64,000 bases of DNA from Mustelus asterias (taxonomy: Eukaryota), in NCBI RefSeq assembly GCF_964213995.1, contig NC_135830.1, forward strand, positions 1,488,001 to 1,552,000, given 5' to 3'. Below the pieces are notes generated by a model. The model did not search any database, had not been told where the DNA came from, and worked only from the letters and a program-made list of their open reading frames with translations. The translations under genes and the position numbers were made by a program. Within the stretch, counting starts at the first letter, position 1. Each line of letters begins with the position of its first letter. Positions 24,028 to 36,976 of the stretch are shown piece by piece.

Positions 24028-24314
24028 CAGCACCATCTACGTTCTGCTCTCCTTCTGTGAACAGACAGACCCTGCCGGCTCTGTGACCCACGGCTGTTTA
24101 GCGATGGATTACCTCCCCGAAATCAGCAGTGTTTCTTGGAAGAAAGATCAATAGATAACCATTACTGGATTGAAGACTTAGCCATCAGTGCTGAACAAGA
24201 AGGGAACCCACACTCTGGACAGTCCGTTAACCATCAGTGAATCAGAGGTGGGAAGCAGCACCATCTACTGCGAGGTTCGACAAGTAGGGATGTTCTGGAA
24301 GAAGGAAATGCCAG
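24028..24314 (+). pseudogene. IGHM: IgM constant exon Cmu1 (pseudogene)
   Basis: TTCCCAG| ...[89 protein letters not shown] |GTTAGT. Matches shark IgM CH1 (GCLAMDY..., [23 protein letters not shown]). Stops at 24152 and 24179, plus a frameshifting 5' deletion. Confidence 0.95.
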
Positions 24315-24399
24315 GTTAGTTTTCTGGAAATTACAGGGAGGTAGTGCCGGGGTGGGTGTACGGACAATGTGGTCAGCAATAAGCCATATTCAAATTCTG

Positions 24400-24980
24400 G
24401 ATTTATTGAATTAGAATGGAGTGAGAGCATTGTGTAGAGTTCATGTTCTCATATTGTATTTACTGCCTTGTGGCTACCTCTATTATAGACTGCTTACTTA
24501 CTGTACTGTGTGCAGTTCTTGTCTCCACATCACATGTGTTGCAATGTTTATGGATCCTATCTCCATATCACGTTGAGTATATTGTGGGTCCTCCTATTAT
24601 ACACATCACACGCGATTTAAGATGTATAGTTTGAGCTTCACACTCCACTTAGGTTACTATATTCAGTTCTGGTCTTTTCTTTAGAATCAGTGCCATGTGT
24701 ATAGCATCTCTGGTCTTAATTTCACACTTAGTATGACGGTTGCAAGTTCTGGTCTTCATATCACTTAGTGAACTGTATCCCGTTCCGGTCTGCACATCAA
24801 ACTTAATGCGCTGTATGAAATTTTGGTCTGCACGTCACAACATCGTGTGTTGTCGAGAACTCTGGTCTCCACATCAAATTAAGTGTGCTGTGCATTACAT
24901 CACATTTAGTTTAAGGTGAACATTTTTTAAATCCTCATCACACCTACAATACTATATGTAATTGTGATTCCAAGTCAGAG
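24400..24980 (+). repeat. Degenerate ~38-bp minisatellite in the Cmu1-Cmu2 intron
   Basis: Unit ~TTCTGGTCTCCACATCACACTTAGTGTGCTGTGTGCAG; phased copies at 24783, 24821 and 24860. Confidence 0.7.
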
Positions 24981-25390
24981 TAATTCTCGTAGGAGTAAAT
25001 TTAATTACCTGGGCAATGAAAAAGCTGATAGATGATCACAGCCAAGGCACTGAATAGGCTGGTGCTGCTTTCAATGCAAATAAAAGTCTGAGATGCGACT
25101 GAATAAAAGTCTTCAGACTTGTGAACCAGTTAGATAGATTCGACGAAATCTACCATTTAGGCATTTACTAAAATAAATAATAAATATGCAATCCTCAATT
25201 AATGTCTTGATCGATCATGCTCAAGGAATATGTGTTGCTCCATAAGGGAAAATAAAAATGAGATTGTTTTGATAAACTTCAGCATTGAACAATGTGGTCA
25301 ATTGGACTGTATTTTAAGCAAATAGTTTCACAGTTTTGAATTGTTTGGCTTGTAACAAAATCAATTTTTCAAATGTATATTTTCTTGAAG

Positions 25391-25702
25391 ACCGTGTGGT
25401 CCATCATCCAACTGTTCTTCTCACACTGAGTCCCAGTGAAGAAATCTCAAGCAGCAGATTTGCAACTATCATCTGTTCAATCGTTGATTCCTGTCCGAAA
25501 TCAATCAACGTGAAGTGGCTGAGGAATGGCCAAGCCTTTAACTCGGGCATCGGCACATCTCCAGCCTTCGAAGTGAATGGGAACTTTTTGGCCACCAGTC
25601 GACTGACCGTCCCTGTTGGAGAATGGTTCAGTAACACAGTCTATACCTACCAGGCCACTCACAAAGACGCAACTCAAAGTCAAAACATCACCAGACCCAT
25701 GG
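25391..25702 (+). pseudogene. IGHM: IgM constant exon Cmu2 (open frame but defective)
   Basis: TTCTTGAAG|[48 protein letters not shown]...[44 protein letters not shown]. Matches shark IgM CH2. Second Cys is Tyr; donor reads GCAAGA. Confidence 0.94.
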
Positions 25703-26362
25703 GCAAGAGATACAAGCATCGGAAATTTGAGGCCATTTGGATCTCACTTAGATAATAATGCGTGGCTATCCTCAGGAGCTCTGGTTTCCATCTACAGTCC
25801 AAAACTGTGTAGGTTAGGTGAATTTGTCATGGCAAATAAGCAGGCTTGCAGACATAGGACGGAGTGTGGTTTTGGAAAGATGCTCTTTCGAAGAGTAGGT
25901 GCAGACTCGATGGGCAGAGTAGCCTGCTTCTGCACTGTAAGGAATCTATGGGAATTATAAACAGTCCTAAATTAAGGCCTATTTGTCAATCATGCAGTTC
26001 ATGTCTACTTCCAAAGTCAAGTCAATAAATCTTATTGTATTTTAAACAGCGTCATTAAGAATACCACGTTGCCCCAAAACATTCAACAGCCAATCAATGA
26101 TTTTGAACTGGGTAAGATGCGCTTTTGGAAAATCGGTGTAGATTCGATGGGCCGAATGGCCTCTTCATGCACTGCAGGCATTCCAAGGGTTTGATTGTCT
26201 TTGCAAAATAACAAAATATTACTCGTTTCCATCAATGTGGTGCCCTGGGAAGTTCTACATCACACTGACAAAGCAGACATTCCCTGATTTTAACATCTCA
26301 AAACATGATGTTGGCATCTCCCACAATGCGGTATTCACTCATTACCTCATTGCTGATGTCAT

Positions 26363-26719
26363 CATAGAATCATAGAAATTATAGAAACCCTACAGTGCAG
26401 AAGGAGGCCATTCGGCCCATCGAGTCTGCACCGACCACAATCCCACCCAGGCCCCACCCCATATCCCTACATATTTACCCGCTAATCTCTCTAACCTACG
26501 CATCTCAGGACTCTAAGGGGAATTTTTTTTAACATGGCCAATCAACCTAACCCGCACATCTTTGGACTGTGGGAGGAAACCGGAGCACCCGGAGGAAACC
26601 CACGCAGACACGAGGAGAATATGCAAACTCCACACAGACAGTGACCCAAGCCGGGAATCGAACCCAGGTCCCTGGAGCTGTGAAGCAGCAGTGCTAACCA
26701 CTGTGCTACCGTGCCGCCC
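26363..26719 (-). mobile_element. HE1-type SINE
   Basis: Full consensus; TSD CTGATGTCAT (26353-62 / 26720-29). Confidence 0.93.
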
Positions 26720-27379
26720 CTGATGTCATTTCACACTTCTGCTAAGAAATTCGGAGACGGAATTGAACCCACATTCTTTCCGAATCAGAATTCATCAGTA
26801 TCCAAGATTCCATTATCTCACAACCTTTTGGTCAAGTATTAAGATAGTCAGTGAGGAGTCACGTATTTCAGTTTTATCCTAAATTGAATGACCACATTGG
26901 GACTGGTTGGTGTTTCCAAAATTTTACTGCACACGCATCCAATTTTAAACATGATATGCACATTATTTCTGCTTCTGCATTAAGTTTTAACAGCGTGATG
27001 GCAGGTTGAAGAGACTAGAATTGTTTGACTTAAAAAGATTAATGGGTGGTCTATGATGGCAACTGAGGTGATATTGGCAAAGATTTTTTTCACACTGTGG
27101 AAATATGTAAATTTAATCCCCCCAAAAATCACTGTTCACTAAGGAAAGAGATTGAGAAACGTTTCGGTAACACCATCGCTGGTTACACTACTCCTCATCT
27201 GCTGTAATCATTCTAAGAGCCTCCAATTGATTGATATCAGGGTGATTCAAAACAGGTGGATACAAAACTGGGTCGGTCAAAGAACACAGTAAGAAGACTC
27301 ACAACACCAGGTTAAAGTCCATCTTGAGAGCGTGGATGGCGTTGCATTGTACTTGGGTGATGTTCGGGGCTGTCTTGTG

Positions 27380-28390
27380 TGTCTTGTGAGGTCAAAGAAG
27401 ACAGAGGGTCGTAGTGGAAGGTTGTGTTTCTGAATGGAGAGCTGTGACAAGTGGCGTTCCTCAGGGATCAATGCTGGGACCTTTGCTGTTTGTAATATAT
27501 ATAAAGAAACATAGAAAAACTACAGCACAAACAGGCCCTTCGGCCCACAAGTTGTGCCGAACACATCCCTACCTTCTAGACCTACCTATAACCCTCCATC
27601 CTATTAAGCTCCATGTACTCATCCAGGAGTCTCTTAAAAGACCCTATTGAGTTCACCTCCACCACCACTGACGGCAGCCGATTCCACTCGCCCACCACCC
27701 TCTGTGTGAAAAACTTACCCCTAACATCTCTCCTGTACCTACCCCCCAGCACCTTAAACCTGTGTCCTCTCATAGCAGACATTTCCACCCTGGGAAAACG
27801 CCTCTGAGAGTCCACCCAATCTATGCCTCTCAACATCTTATACACCTCTATTAGGTCTCCTCTCATCCTTCGTCTCTCCAAGGAGAAAAGACCGAGCTCC
27901 CTCAGCCTATCCTCAGAAGGCATGCCACTCAATCCAGGCAACATCCTTGTAAATCTCCTCTGCACCCTTTCAATCTTTTCCACATCCTTCCTATGTAAAT
28001 GATTTGGAGGAAAATATAACTGGTTTGATTAGTAAGTTTGCGGACTACACAAAGGTTGGTGGATTTGTGGATAGCGATGAGGACCATCAGAGGATACAGC
28101 AGGATATAGATCAGTTGGAAACTTGGGTGGAGAGATGGCAGATGGAGTTTAATCTGTACAAATGTGAGGTAATACATTTTGGAAGGTCTAATACAGATAG
28201 GAAATATATAGTAAATGGCAGAACCCTTAGGAGTATGGATAGGCAAAGGGATCTGGGTTTACAGGTACACAGGTCACTGAAAGTGGCAATGCAGGTGGAG
28301 AAGGTAGTCAAGAAGGCATACGGCATGCTTGCCTTCATCGGCCGGGGTATTGAGTTTAAAAATTGGCAAGTCGTGTTGCCGCTTTGCAAT
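27380..28390 (+). mobile_element. CR1 RT fragment, host of a nested opposite-strand CR1
   Basis: [20 protein letters not shown]...[insert]...NDLEENITGLISKFADYTKVGG. Confidence 0.9.
27505..27991 (-). mobile_element. Young 5'-truncated CR1 nested in an older CR1
   Basis: ORF 27582-27983(-) is nearly identical to the ends of elements 1-2581 and 7260-7812. Confidence 0.95.
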
Positions 28391-28699
28391 GCTTTGGTCA
28401 TCTTGATTTGCACATTGCTCAATTTCTGGTCATGTTAACTACAGGGATAGTCACAAAGTTAAACTATCACTGTATAACCAATTGCAGCAAAATTCGTCTT
28501 CTCCTTGTATTTTCAGATCATTTCAGCTCCTGGGACTGAATAAGTTCCACATCTGAAAGGTTCTGTTTAGTTATCTATTAGCCATTGGCCAGGGCCCTGG
28601 CAGTGGAAGCATTAACTCGGAATCACTCGAAGACCCGGCCTCCACCATCACCAGTTCAATATTATCTTTTCCATCATTCCTTGTATCCGTTAATCCATC

Positions 28700-29140
28700 C
28701 TGCCTTGCTCTCTATCATACATATTACCTGTCATGATATATTTATTTCAAATATCCTATTAAAGTTCTGAATTCGAATCAAGTAAGAGGCTTCACTGTCT
28801 GTATTTATATGTTAGTTATCCGAGGGGTCCATATCCTGAAACTGGGTGTTTTAGATTTCCCGACCAGTGGACACAATTTCTCTATTCTATAGTTTTCAAT
28901 GAGATCGCCTCTGATCTTTTTTTTAGCTCCAGAAAATTTCCTTCCAATTGGCACAGCCTTTCATCCCAGGAGAACTCTCTTATTCTAGGAATCATTCTAG
29001 TGGACCTTTACTGTTCTGTATCCATTGCAAGGATATTTTTTTAATGTGGTTATCAAAACTGCACAGTACATTATGCATGCCGTCCCAACAAAACCCTGTA
29101 CTACTGTAGCAAGATTTTATTTCCATTCTTGTACTCCAGT
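28700..29140 (-). mobile_element. Highly decayed CR1 3' fragment
   Basis: AACTGCACAGTAC..., CCCTGTAC...GCAAGA..., TGAGATCGCCTCT motifs of the CR1 ORF2 end in antisense. Confidence 0.55.
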
Positions 29141-29149
29141 CTGCTTGCA

Positions 29150-29715
29150 ATGTGTGTGTGTGTGTTTGTGTGTGCGCGCGTGTGTGTGTGCCCGTGTCCC
29201 TGTATCTACGGCTGTGTCCCTGTATCTGCGGCTGTGTCCCTGTATCTGTGTATGTGACCTGGTACCTGTTTGTCTGTTACTGCGTTTTTGTGTGTCCCGC
29301 ATCATCTGTGTGTGCCCCTGTGTCAGTGTGTGTGTCCCTGTATCTGTGTGCGAGCCCCAGTACCTGTGTGCCCCTACATTTGTGCCTGTGTGCCCATGCA
29401 TCTATATTTGCCCATATACCTGTGTGCGTCCCTTTATCTGAGTGTGTGCCACTGTATCTGTGAGGTTTTCTATTTCTCTCTGTCTATTCCCCTCTGCGTG
29501 AATGTGGCCTTGTGAGTATGTATTTATAAGTTTGCGGATATATACATATATATGTTTGTCTGTGTGTGGGTGAGTGTGTTTGTATGACAGCATTTGTATG
29601 TGAGAGAGTGTGTCTGAATGCGAGAGTGTGCGTGTGTGAGCACATGTTTGCGTGTGAGTGTCTGTGTAACATTGAGACATTGTAAATGTCTGTGTGTGTG
29701 TCCCTGTAAGATTAA
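29150..29715. repeat. GT-rich / (GTGTCCCTGTATCT)-like low-complexity tract
   Basis: Direct inspection. Confidence 0.85.
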
Positions 29716-32092
29716 ACATTGAAAATGTCTGACAGCGGAATTATAGAGGTCAGAAAAGTTTACCCAGTCCCATTCTGAATGTGATTAACATCTACTAACT
29801 GCATTGAATGTACGCAGTCTGAAATAATTTCACCTTCAATCTCCCAATGGGTAATGAATAACACATTTCATGCACGGTGTCTGGTTTTAAAAAGGACGAA
29901 TGCGCCAGCCGAGCTGCAAACTCCAATCTCGGACAATATCGTTCAACATTCACACTTCTGCAACCGGTCCGCAGATGCAGCCATTGAGAGACAACTTATC
30001 TGAGAAAGACCAGTGCCTGCAGTTGCCGTGAGCCACCGGCAGATGGTGGTTATGTATCACTTCAATCAAAAGATAGTGACGCTGGTTTGAGGAGATTTTT
30101 AGGGTAAATTTATTTCCTTATTTTCCCAGGAAGGAAACAATGAGTAAAGCATCGGAATTAATATCTCTGTCAGTAATATTAACAGGGAAATCTGACCGAA
30201 GGATAGTGAATTTAATACAAGCATTGATATTCATCTCTCCGCTAATAAATGTGTCCGCTAACAGCTAATTATTTTATTACAATCTATTTTAGGGATTCTG
30301 TGGACGGAGAAAGAACGGCTACAACAGTGATTTAAGAACAATAATGGCAAAAGTGACTTTAAAATGGCTATTCTGTCTGAGAGTGAAGCATGCTGGGAAT
30401 TTTGGTCAATTATAGATTAGAACCAGATACAGGTCGTAAAGAGGCTTTTGTCTGGGAGCTGTGATCTGAAGCTTCCTGTGTTGATCAACTCAAGGAAGTT
30501 GTTTACATTGACTGAGACACCATGGCTTCGATTTATGGCTGCTATGTATGGGACACGTTAAATGAACTAAGCATCATGACGTCGTTCAAAAGTAATTTCA
30601 CTGGATGTTTGAACCGTGTGATCGATCTCTGATTGCACAGTTGGCTGGATGACAGAGAATCTTCCGTAGGCAAGTGGAGAATTGTGGATAAAAGACATGT
30701 GAGTTCCTTGTTTGGCAGTGATAACTCCAAGACTACGACCATCGCAACAAAGCTTGTACCCTGAAGAATACTTCAGAGAGAAGAAGGTAGATTCTAAATC
30801 AAGGATATTTCTTGGCCAAGGTTTTCCAAACTAGCTAGTATCTATTTGCAGTTAAATCGTTAAAGTTGATGTGTAAGTTAAAGTGCAATTTAACAGTTAA
30901 AGTTCAGTTGAATGTTGATGTTCAGTTAAAGTTGAAGTCCAGTAAAGAGTTAATGAGTAGCAACTGTTTATGTTTGAGTTGGTATTAGAAGTGTTAAATA
31001 AAGAAATAATTGAATTACTGTCCTTGTTTGTCTCATTAAACTGGAATGCTTGGGAGATGTTTAAATTAAATCTGTATAACAATTTAAAGAGTTGTCTACC
31101 TTTCTCATCCAGATTTTCTTGAATAACATTTCATTATAATTGGACACATTTCTCTTTTTCTCTGAATTTTCCATTCTTCAGCGCTCATATTTTTCCGCAG
31201 TTCCTTCACAAATCCAGCACAAGGCTGCCTATATTATGTTCTGTGTATATTTAAAACGTATTTGTTTATAATAATTTTGCACTCAGGCACATTTGTGCCG
31301 AACTCACTCTGAATTATAACACAAATTGCAAATTCCATGGGTGCCTTGGAGTGATTTACTGTGCGGTTATTTCAGTTATTAGCTCAGTATACCAATCGCA
31401 TTGTCGAATGCTGGCACAGGTCTTTCTCAGTTGTAGTCGCAAACATTCCAATTTTCTGTCCCGAGCTGCAAACTGACTCTGAATGTAACTCAATGGAAGT
31501 TTAAACTAGATTTTAATGGACACTATTGTCTCATTATCCCACCCCAACTCCCCACGCCCTCCGCATCACCAGCACCCCCTTCCCGCCCCGCGCCCAGCTC
31601 ACCCCCTCCCACACACACACACACCAACACCATTCTTTTATCCACTTTGTCAATTTACCATCACTATATTCGATAGTGTACATTCATCACTTGAGGGGGG
31701 GGGGGGTGTGGGGCGGAAACGGTGGAGATGGGGTGGGGATGGGCGAGGTTTCTGTGAGGCTTCAGGGAGGTGAGGCTTGTTGCTCTTTTTATTGTTTGAC
31801 TTGTGTTGGAGCCGATGCTAAATGGTACATTCACTAATCTCCATCCCACTTTGACTTGAGGAAACTGTACACTGGAGTTCATTTTTCCAGACCATGCTGA
31901 ATCTCATCATTTAAATAATCCAAATCCCAGAATCTTTCGGAAGAAAGTTAGTTTCCTTTTCTATTTATGCACTTGCAGTTCATGGATTTATTTGGATGAA
32001 TAAAACAAAACCGTTTTCACCATGAGTGAATGACTAAGATGAGGCCGTGTACAGAACACAAGATAAACACACCGTGATGGTGGAATATCTGA

Positions 32093-33720
32093 TCACTGTT
32101 TAATAAATTTCACAATTCCAGCAAAGGGAAATTCCACCACATTTTTCAGATCTGCTCTGAATTGTGTCTGGGTCACTGCATAAATGCATGTGTTGGTGCA
32201 GCAAATACCAGTTTCTGAACAAAAATTGATAATTAAAACCGAAATTAATTCAAATTGTACAATCGGTCATAAAGGCAATAGATTTGGAACCCTGACCACA
32301 TTTCCCGATATTGCAAACAGTCGGAATTAGATTTTCTTCACTTCTCTATCTCTGCATCACTTGCAGTCTTCTCCGGACTTTGCTCGACACAAGAATATAT
32401 TTAATTGTTAAAATATTGAACAGGAAAATCAGCAAGAAAGGAACAGGTGGGGTTAATATATAATGTAGACTTTCAACAGGTGCCCATGCTGTTGAAGAGA
32501 GGACATCAAAATCTACGTAACAGAAAGAGTGATAATTGAAAAGCATATTTCTATCCTCAAACATAAAGTACCAGAACATGTTCTTTACATTGAACAGCAC
32601 ACTCACTGTTCTGAGAACCACTGCTGTCATTTTCTCGGTGCAGTATTTTATTTTCTGTTTGTGACAAGTAATGGCCATGAATCGATCAAAGGTGAAAGTG
32701 ACAGTGAACCAGACAGAACAGTCAGTGACTACATAAAGTAGGAGGGCAGGGATCTTACATACTTTAATGTGATACATGAACATAAATTAATCGCTGAATG
32801 TAATAGGAATTTGCCTCAATATGATGTTGGTGATAACGACCAGTAGATCTGCCGCTGAAATGGAAATTCGATAATGCGAGACACATTTGGAAAGTTCACA
32901 CATTCCTCAAGACAGGATAAGAATCGTCAATAAGTTCACTGTAAGGTAGCGAGACACTACTAACTCATATTTCAGACTGAGAGCAGGAGCAGCTGTCTGT
33001 CAGGATTCTGGGGAGCAGCTGTAGAAATTGTTACAGAATCCAGCCTCAGAATAATATGGATTCACCTGTTCTGCTGACACTGGGTTCACAGTAGGAAAGC
33101 ACTGCACTGATGCAGCAAGGAATCAAATTTACCAACAGATCTGATCTCCAATTTCCTGTCTTTACCTTATTTGGGTTTAGACCAAAGGTTCCTCGTCCTG
33201 GTCACTCTGCTGTGACTGTGTGCAGAGTATGCATTTGTAGGTATTGCATAAGGTGATTTGGAATTAGGTGTGAATCACAAAACTGGAAATTATATATTTT
33301 GCACTGAGGTAGGACCCTGTAGTTACCAAGGTGGGAATAGTGAATGCGGGGGAGGTGGGGAGGGAGTGGGGGGAGCGAGGAGAGGGGTGCTGGGAATGTG
33401 GATGGGGAGTGGAGGGAGCGGGGGGAGGAGAGGGAAATAGAGAGCAACCACCAGGCAGGATTAGGGAGAATGGCTGCTGGGAGGAGAGGGAAACCTTCCC
33501 ATTGCATTAATACATAGGAACATGAAGTTTGCACATAATAATATTGTTAACTGGGTAACATTGACAAGGGCAACAAAAACAGTAAAATATGATTCACCAG
33601 TCACACCAACTGCAGCGAAGAGCGGGTAGTAAATCCTTTGGATATCGTGAAGTACCCAAACAATACAAATCTCAAGTGGAATAATCCAAAATATGGTTTA
33701 CCGACTCTGAGATTCAATGA
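32093..33720 (-). pseudogene. Two-exon rhodopsin-class GPCR pseudogene of the chondrichthyan-expanded GPR139/GPR142-like family
   Basis: Exon 1 (~33720-33598): ...WVLHDIQRIYYPLFAAVGVT G|GTGAAT. Exon 2 (32938-32093): CCTTACAG|VNLLTILILS*GMCELSKCVSHY...AADLLVV...TDCSVWFTVTFTFDRFMAI...KYCTEK...CCTNTCIYAVTQTQFRADLKNVVEFPF...*. In-frame stops at 32907-09 and 32787-89; deletions and frameshifts around TM6. Confidence 0.9.
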
Positions 33721-34264
33721 TCGCTGGCTGCACTGGAGACTATTCTCAGATTTAACATCACTGCACACAATGCAAACATTCCCTATTTACAGAGCGAGGT
33801 GTATCCCTGGTGAAACATTTAAACTATGCGCCTATTGACATGAATCACAATCACCAAAAAACCCCCAAAACAAGATGATTTCAGTTTTTCTTTTACAAAA
33901 TACATGCTTATTAAAAGTCCTTTGCACTCAGAGTAAAGGATCTGACTGTAGGCAAACACGTTAGCCCAAGAAGTTTGGTGAAAAATTGGAAGATTGTTTA
34001 ACACTATATTACTGAAATGAAATGAATTAAAACGGTTACGAATATTTCTATCACATAATCTCAGTCCACAAAATCAGAATTTCAATGAAATTATCACAGT
34101 GAATTAAGTGCAGATTCAGGGAATAATGTTGATCCTTCTGTTGATACAAGAAAGGTGCCAGAAGCAGGATGACTGGAAATATTACACTGCTGGTCTTTAG
34201 CAAGAAACAAGTTTTAATCGGATAAAACAAACATTTACCCTTACATTGTTCACAGATATTATGT

Positions 34265-34588
34265 TCATAGAATCCCTACAGTGCAGAAGGAGGCCATTCG
34301 GCCCATCGAGTCTACACCGACCACAATCCCACCCAGGCCCTACCCCCACATATTTTACCCACCAATCCACGCATCTCAGGACTCTAAGGGACAATTTTTA
34401 ACCTGGCCAATCAACCTAACCCACACATCTTTGGACTGTGGGAGGAAACCGGAGCACCCGGAGGAAACCCACGCAGACACGAGGAGAATGTGCAAACTCC
34501 ACACAGACAGTGACCCGAGCCGGGAATCGAACCTGGGACCCTGGAGCTGTGAAGCAGCAGTGCTAACCACTGTGCTACCGTGCCACCC
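34265..34588 (-). mobile_element. HE1-type SINE
   Basis: Consensus match to the other copies in the window. Confidence 0.93.
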
Positions 34589-35825
34589 GTGTTATGGAGA
34601 TTAATCCGAGGGAAGGTAAATCACGCGTTCAACCTGCTTTCCGAAACACGTGTACAATTTCCTGTATTATTGGTGATAAGTGAGGATGTGTCCTTCACTC
34701 AACCTTACATCTTCTTCCTCAAGCCTTGCTCCTTTCTGATTGTGTGGAAGCAATTCCTTCGATCACTGCGCGTTACCTTCTCGAAATATCTTGCACTTTC
34801 AATTCACTCTACTTAGTAATATTTGATTCCGTCTATTATTTTTGCTCGGAGTTAAAACAATTATCAATCCAGCCTATTTGTATACCTGACAAAAAAGGAC
34901 ATTATTTAATCTGAGTCATACCCAATATTATTGATACATACCCTTTCAGTTCCACAAAGCTCTGGTGATAAATAGACCAATAGACAAGTAACAATGAAGA
35001 AAGTGGCCATTCAGCCCATCATGTATGTTCCAGATACAACAACGACAAATTGAACTAGTGGCTCCTTCCAATCCCACATTCCAGCATCTGCCCCGAGGCC
35101 TTGTAGGCTGCAGCACTTCACACGGTGAGCCGATATGAGAAATAATGTGTATACGTTTGGGTATCAATATGTAAAGGGAAATATAAATAGCTTTGAGACA
35201 GTCCAGAGCAAGTTTACTGAACGATTTCCATGAATGAACGGGTTATCTCATGGAGATGATTAGACAAACGAGACATATCCATATTGGAAGTTAGAATAGT
35301 AAGAGCCGATTTAATGGAAGAGGTTAAGATCTTGAGAGATGTTGACGTTGTGGATGTGCACAGAATGTTTCCACTTCTGGGAGAATGCACAACCCGGTGA
35401 CAATGTTTTAAAATAAGTGGTCGCTCATTAAAGACAATGACGAGAAATGTTTTATCTCTCAGATTGTTTTATGAACAAGCGAAAGAGGAACATATATAGG
35501 CCATTCAGCCCCTTGAGCCAGCATCTCCATGTCATATCTTAATTCTAATATGAAATCTGCATTCCACCTACACCTGATCACCAATCACCTATAACTCAGC
35601 AAGAACTTATCCACATCTACCTTAAAAATAATGAAGATTCTACTACCACCGCTTATTGAGAAAGAAAGTTCCAAAGCATGAGGGCCAAAATGACCATAAA
35701 GAATAGGAACAAGGGTAGGCCTTTCATCCCTTCGAGCCTCTTCGTTTGTGAGACCATGCCGGGTATATTGTGTCCAGTTTTGGTGTCCTTATCTGTGGAA
35801 AGATTTCCTAGTCTTAGAGGGAGAA

Positions 35826-36758
35826 GATGATACAAAGATGAGTGGGAAAGCGAATTGCGTGGAGGATGCGGAAAGTCTGCAGAGAGATTTGGATAGGCTA
35901 AGTGAGTGGGCAAGGATCTGGCAGATGGAGTATAACGTTGACAAGTGTGAGGTTATCCACTTTGGAAGGAATAATAGTAAAATGGACTATTATTTAAATG
36001 GTGAAAAATTACAACATGTTACTGTGCAGAGGGACCTGGGGTTCCTTGTGCATGAATCGCAAAAACTCAGTTTGCAGGTGCAGCAGGTGATCAAGAAGGC
36101 AAATGGAATGTTGGCCTTTATCACGAAGGGGATGGAGTATAAAAGCAGGGAAGTCTTGCTGCAATTGTACAAGGTACTGGTGAGGCCACAACTGGAGTAC
36201 TGTGTGCAGTTTTGGTCCCCTTATTTGCGGAAGGATGTATTGGCCTTGGAGTGAGTACAGAGAAGGTTCACCAGATTGATACCGGAGATGAGGGGGTTAG
36301 CTTATGAGGAGAGATTGAGTAGATTGGGCCTGTACTCGTTGGAGTTTAGAAGGCTGAGGGGAGATTTTATAGAGACATATAAGATAATGAAGGGGCTAGA
36401 CAGGGTAGAGGCAGAGAGATTCTTTCCACTTAGAAAGGAAACAACAACTAGAGGACACAACCTCAAAATAAAGGGGAGTCAGTTTAGGACAGAGTTGAGG
36501 ACGAACTTCTTCCCTCAGAGGGTAGTGAACCTCTGGAATTCTCTGCCCATTGAAGCAGTGGAGGCTACCTCGTTAAATATGTTTAAGTCACAGGTCGATA
36601 GATTTCTGATCAATAAGGGAATTAAGGGCTATGGGGAGCGGGCGGGTAAGTGGAACTAAACCACTATCAGATCAGCCATGATCTTATTGAATGGCGGGGC
36701 AGGCTCGAGGGGCTAGATGGCCTACTCCTGCTCCTATTTCTTATGTTCTTATGTTCTT
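35826..36758 (+). mobile_element. 5'-truncated CR1 LINE (inside older CR1 debris from ~35130)
   Basis: DDTKMSGKANC...LEYCVQFWSPYLRKD; ORFs 35748-36254 and 36276-36659; TTATGTTC tail. Confidence 0.93.
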
Positions 36759-36836
36759 ATATTCACTCAGTCCCTACTTGCCAATTCAGAGAACCCCATG
36801 CTTGTGGGTTCAGACAGCTGCTGTGTGAATAGTCAT

Positions 36837-36961
36837 GATGTGGAGATGCCGGCGTTGGACTGCGGTGGGCACAGTAAAAGTCTCACAACACCAAGTTAAA
36901 ATCCAACAGGGTTTGTTGGTATCACAAGATTTTGGAGCACTGCGCCTGCATCAGGTAAGTG
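36837..36961. mobile_element. Penelope-like element fragment (family of 5158-5404)
   Basis: GATGTGGAGATGCCGGCGTTGGACTG...CACAACACCAAGTTAAA. Confidence 0.75.
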
Positions 36962-36976
36962 GTGTGCACTGAGGTG

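Noticed and set aside
25336-25755. 139-aa ORF as a stand-alone Ig-domain gene
   Set aside because: It is the Cmu2 exon plus intronic read-through from a non-ATG start, and lacks the second canonical Cys.
29025-29719. Cys/Val- or His/Thr-rich ORFs (also 12023-12355, 12768-13044, 53478-53840)
   Set aside because: Translations of GT/CA microsatellite tracts.
30300-31150. Possible old Gypsy-type LTR remnant
   Set aside because: Composition is suggestive, but I could not define termini or a TSD.
31540-31750. C-rich then G-rich tracts as a hairpin/G4 element (also G-rich 33345-33440)
   Set aside because: Low-complexity; no specific base-paired arms.
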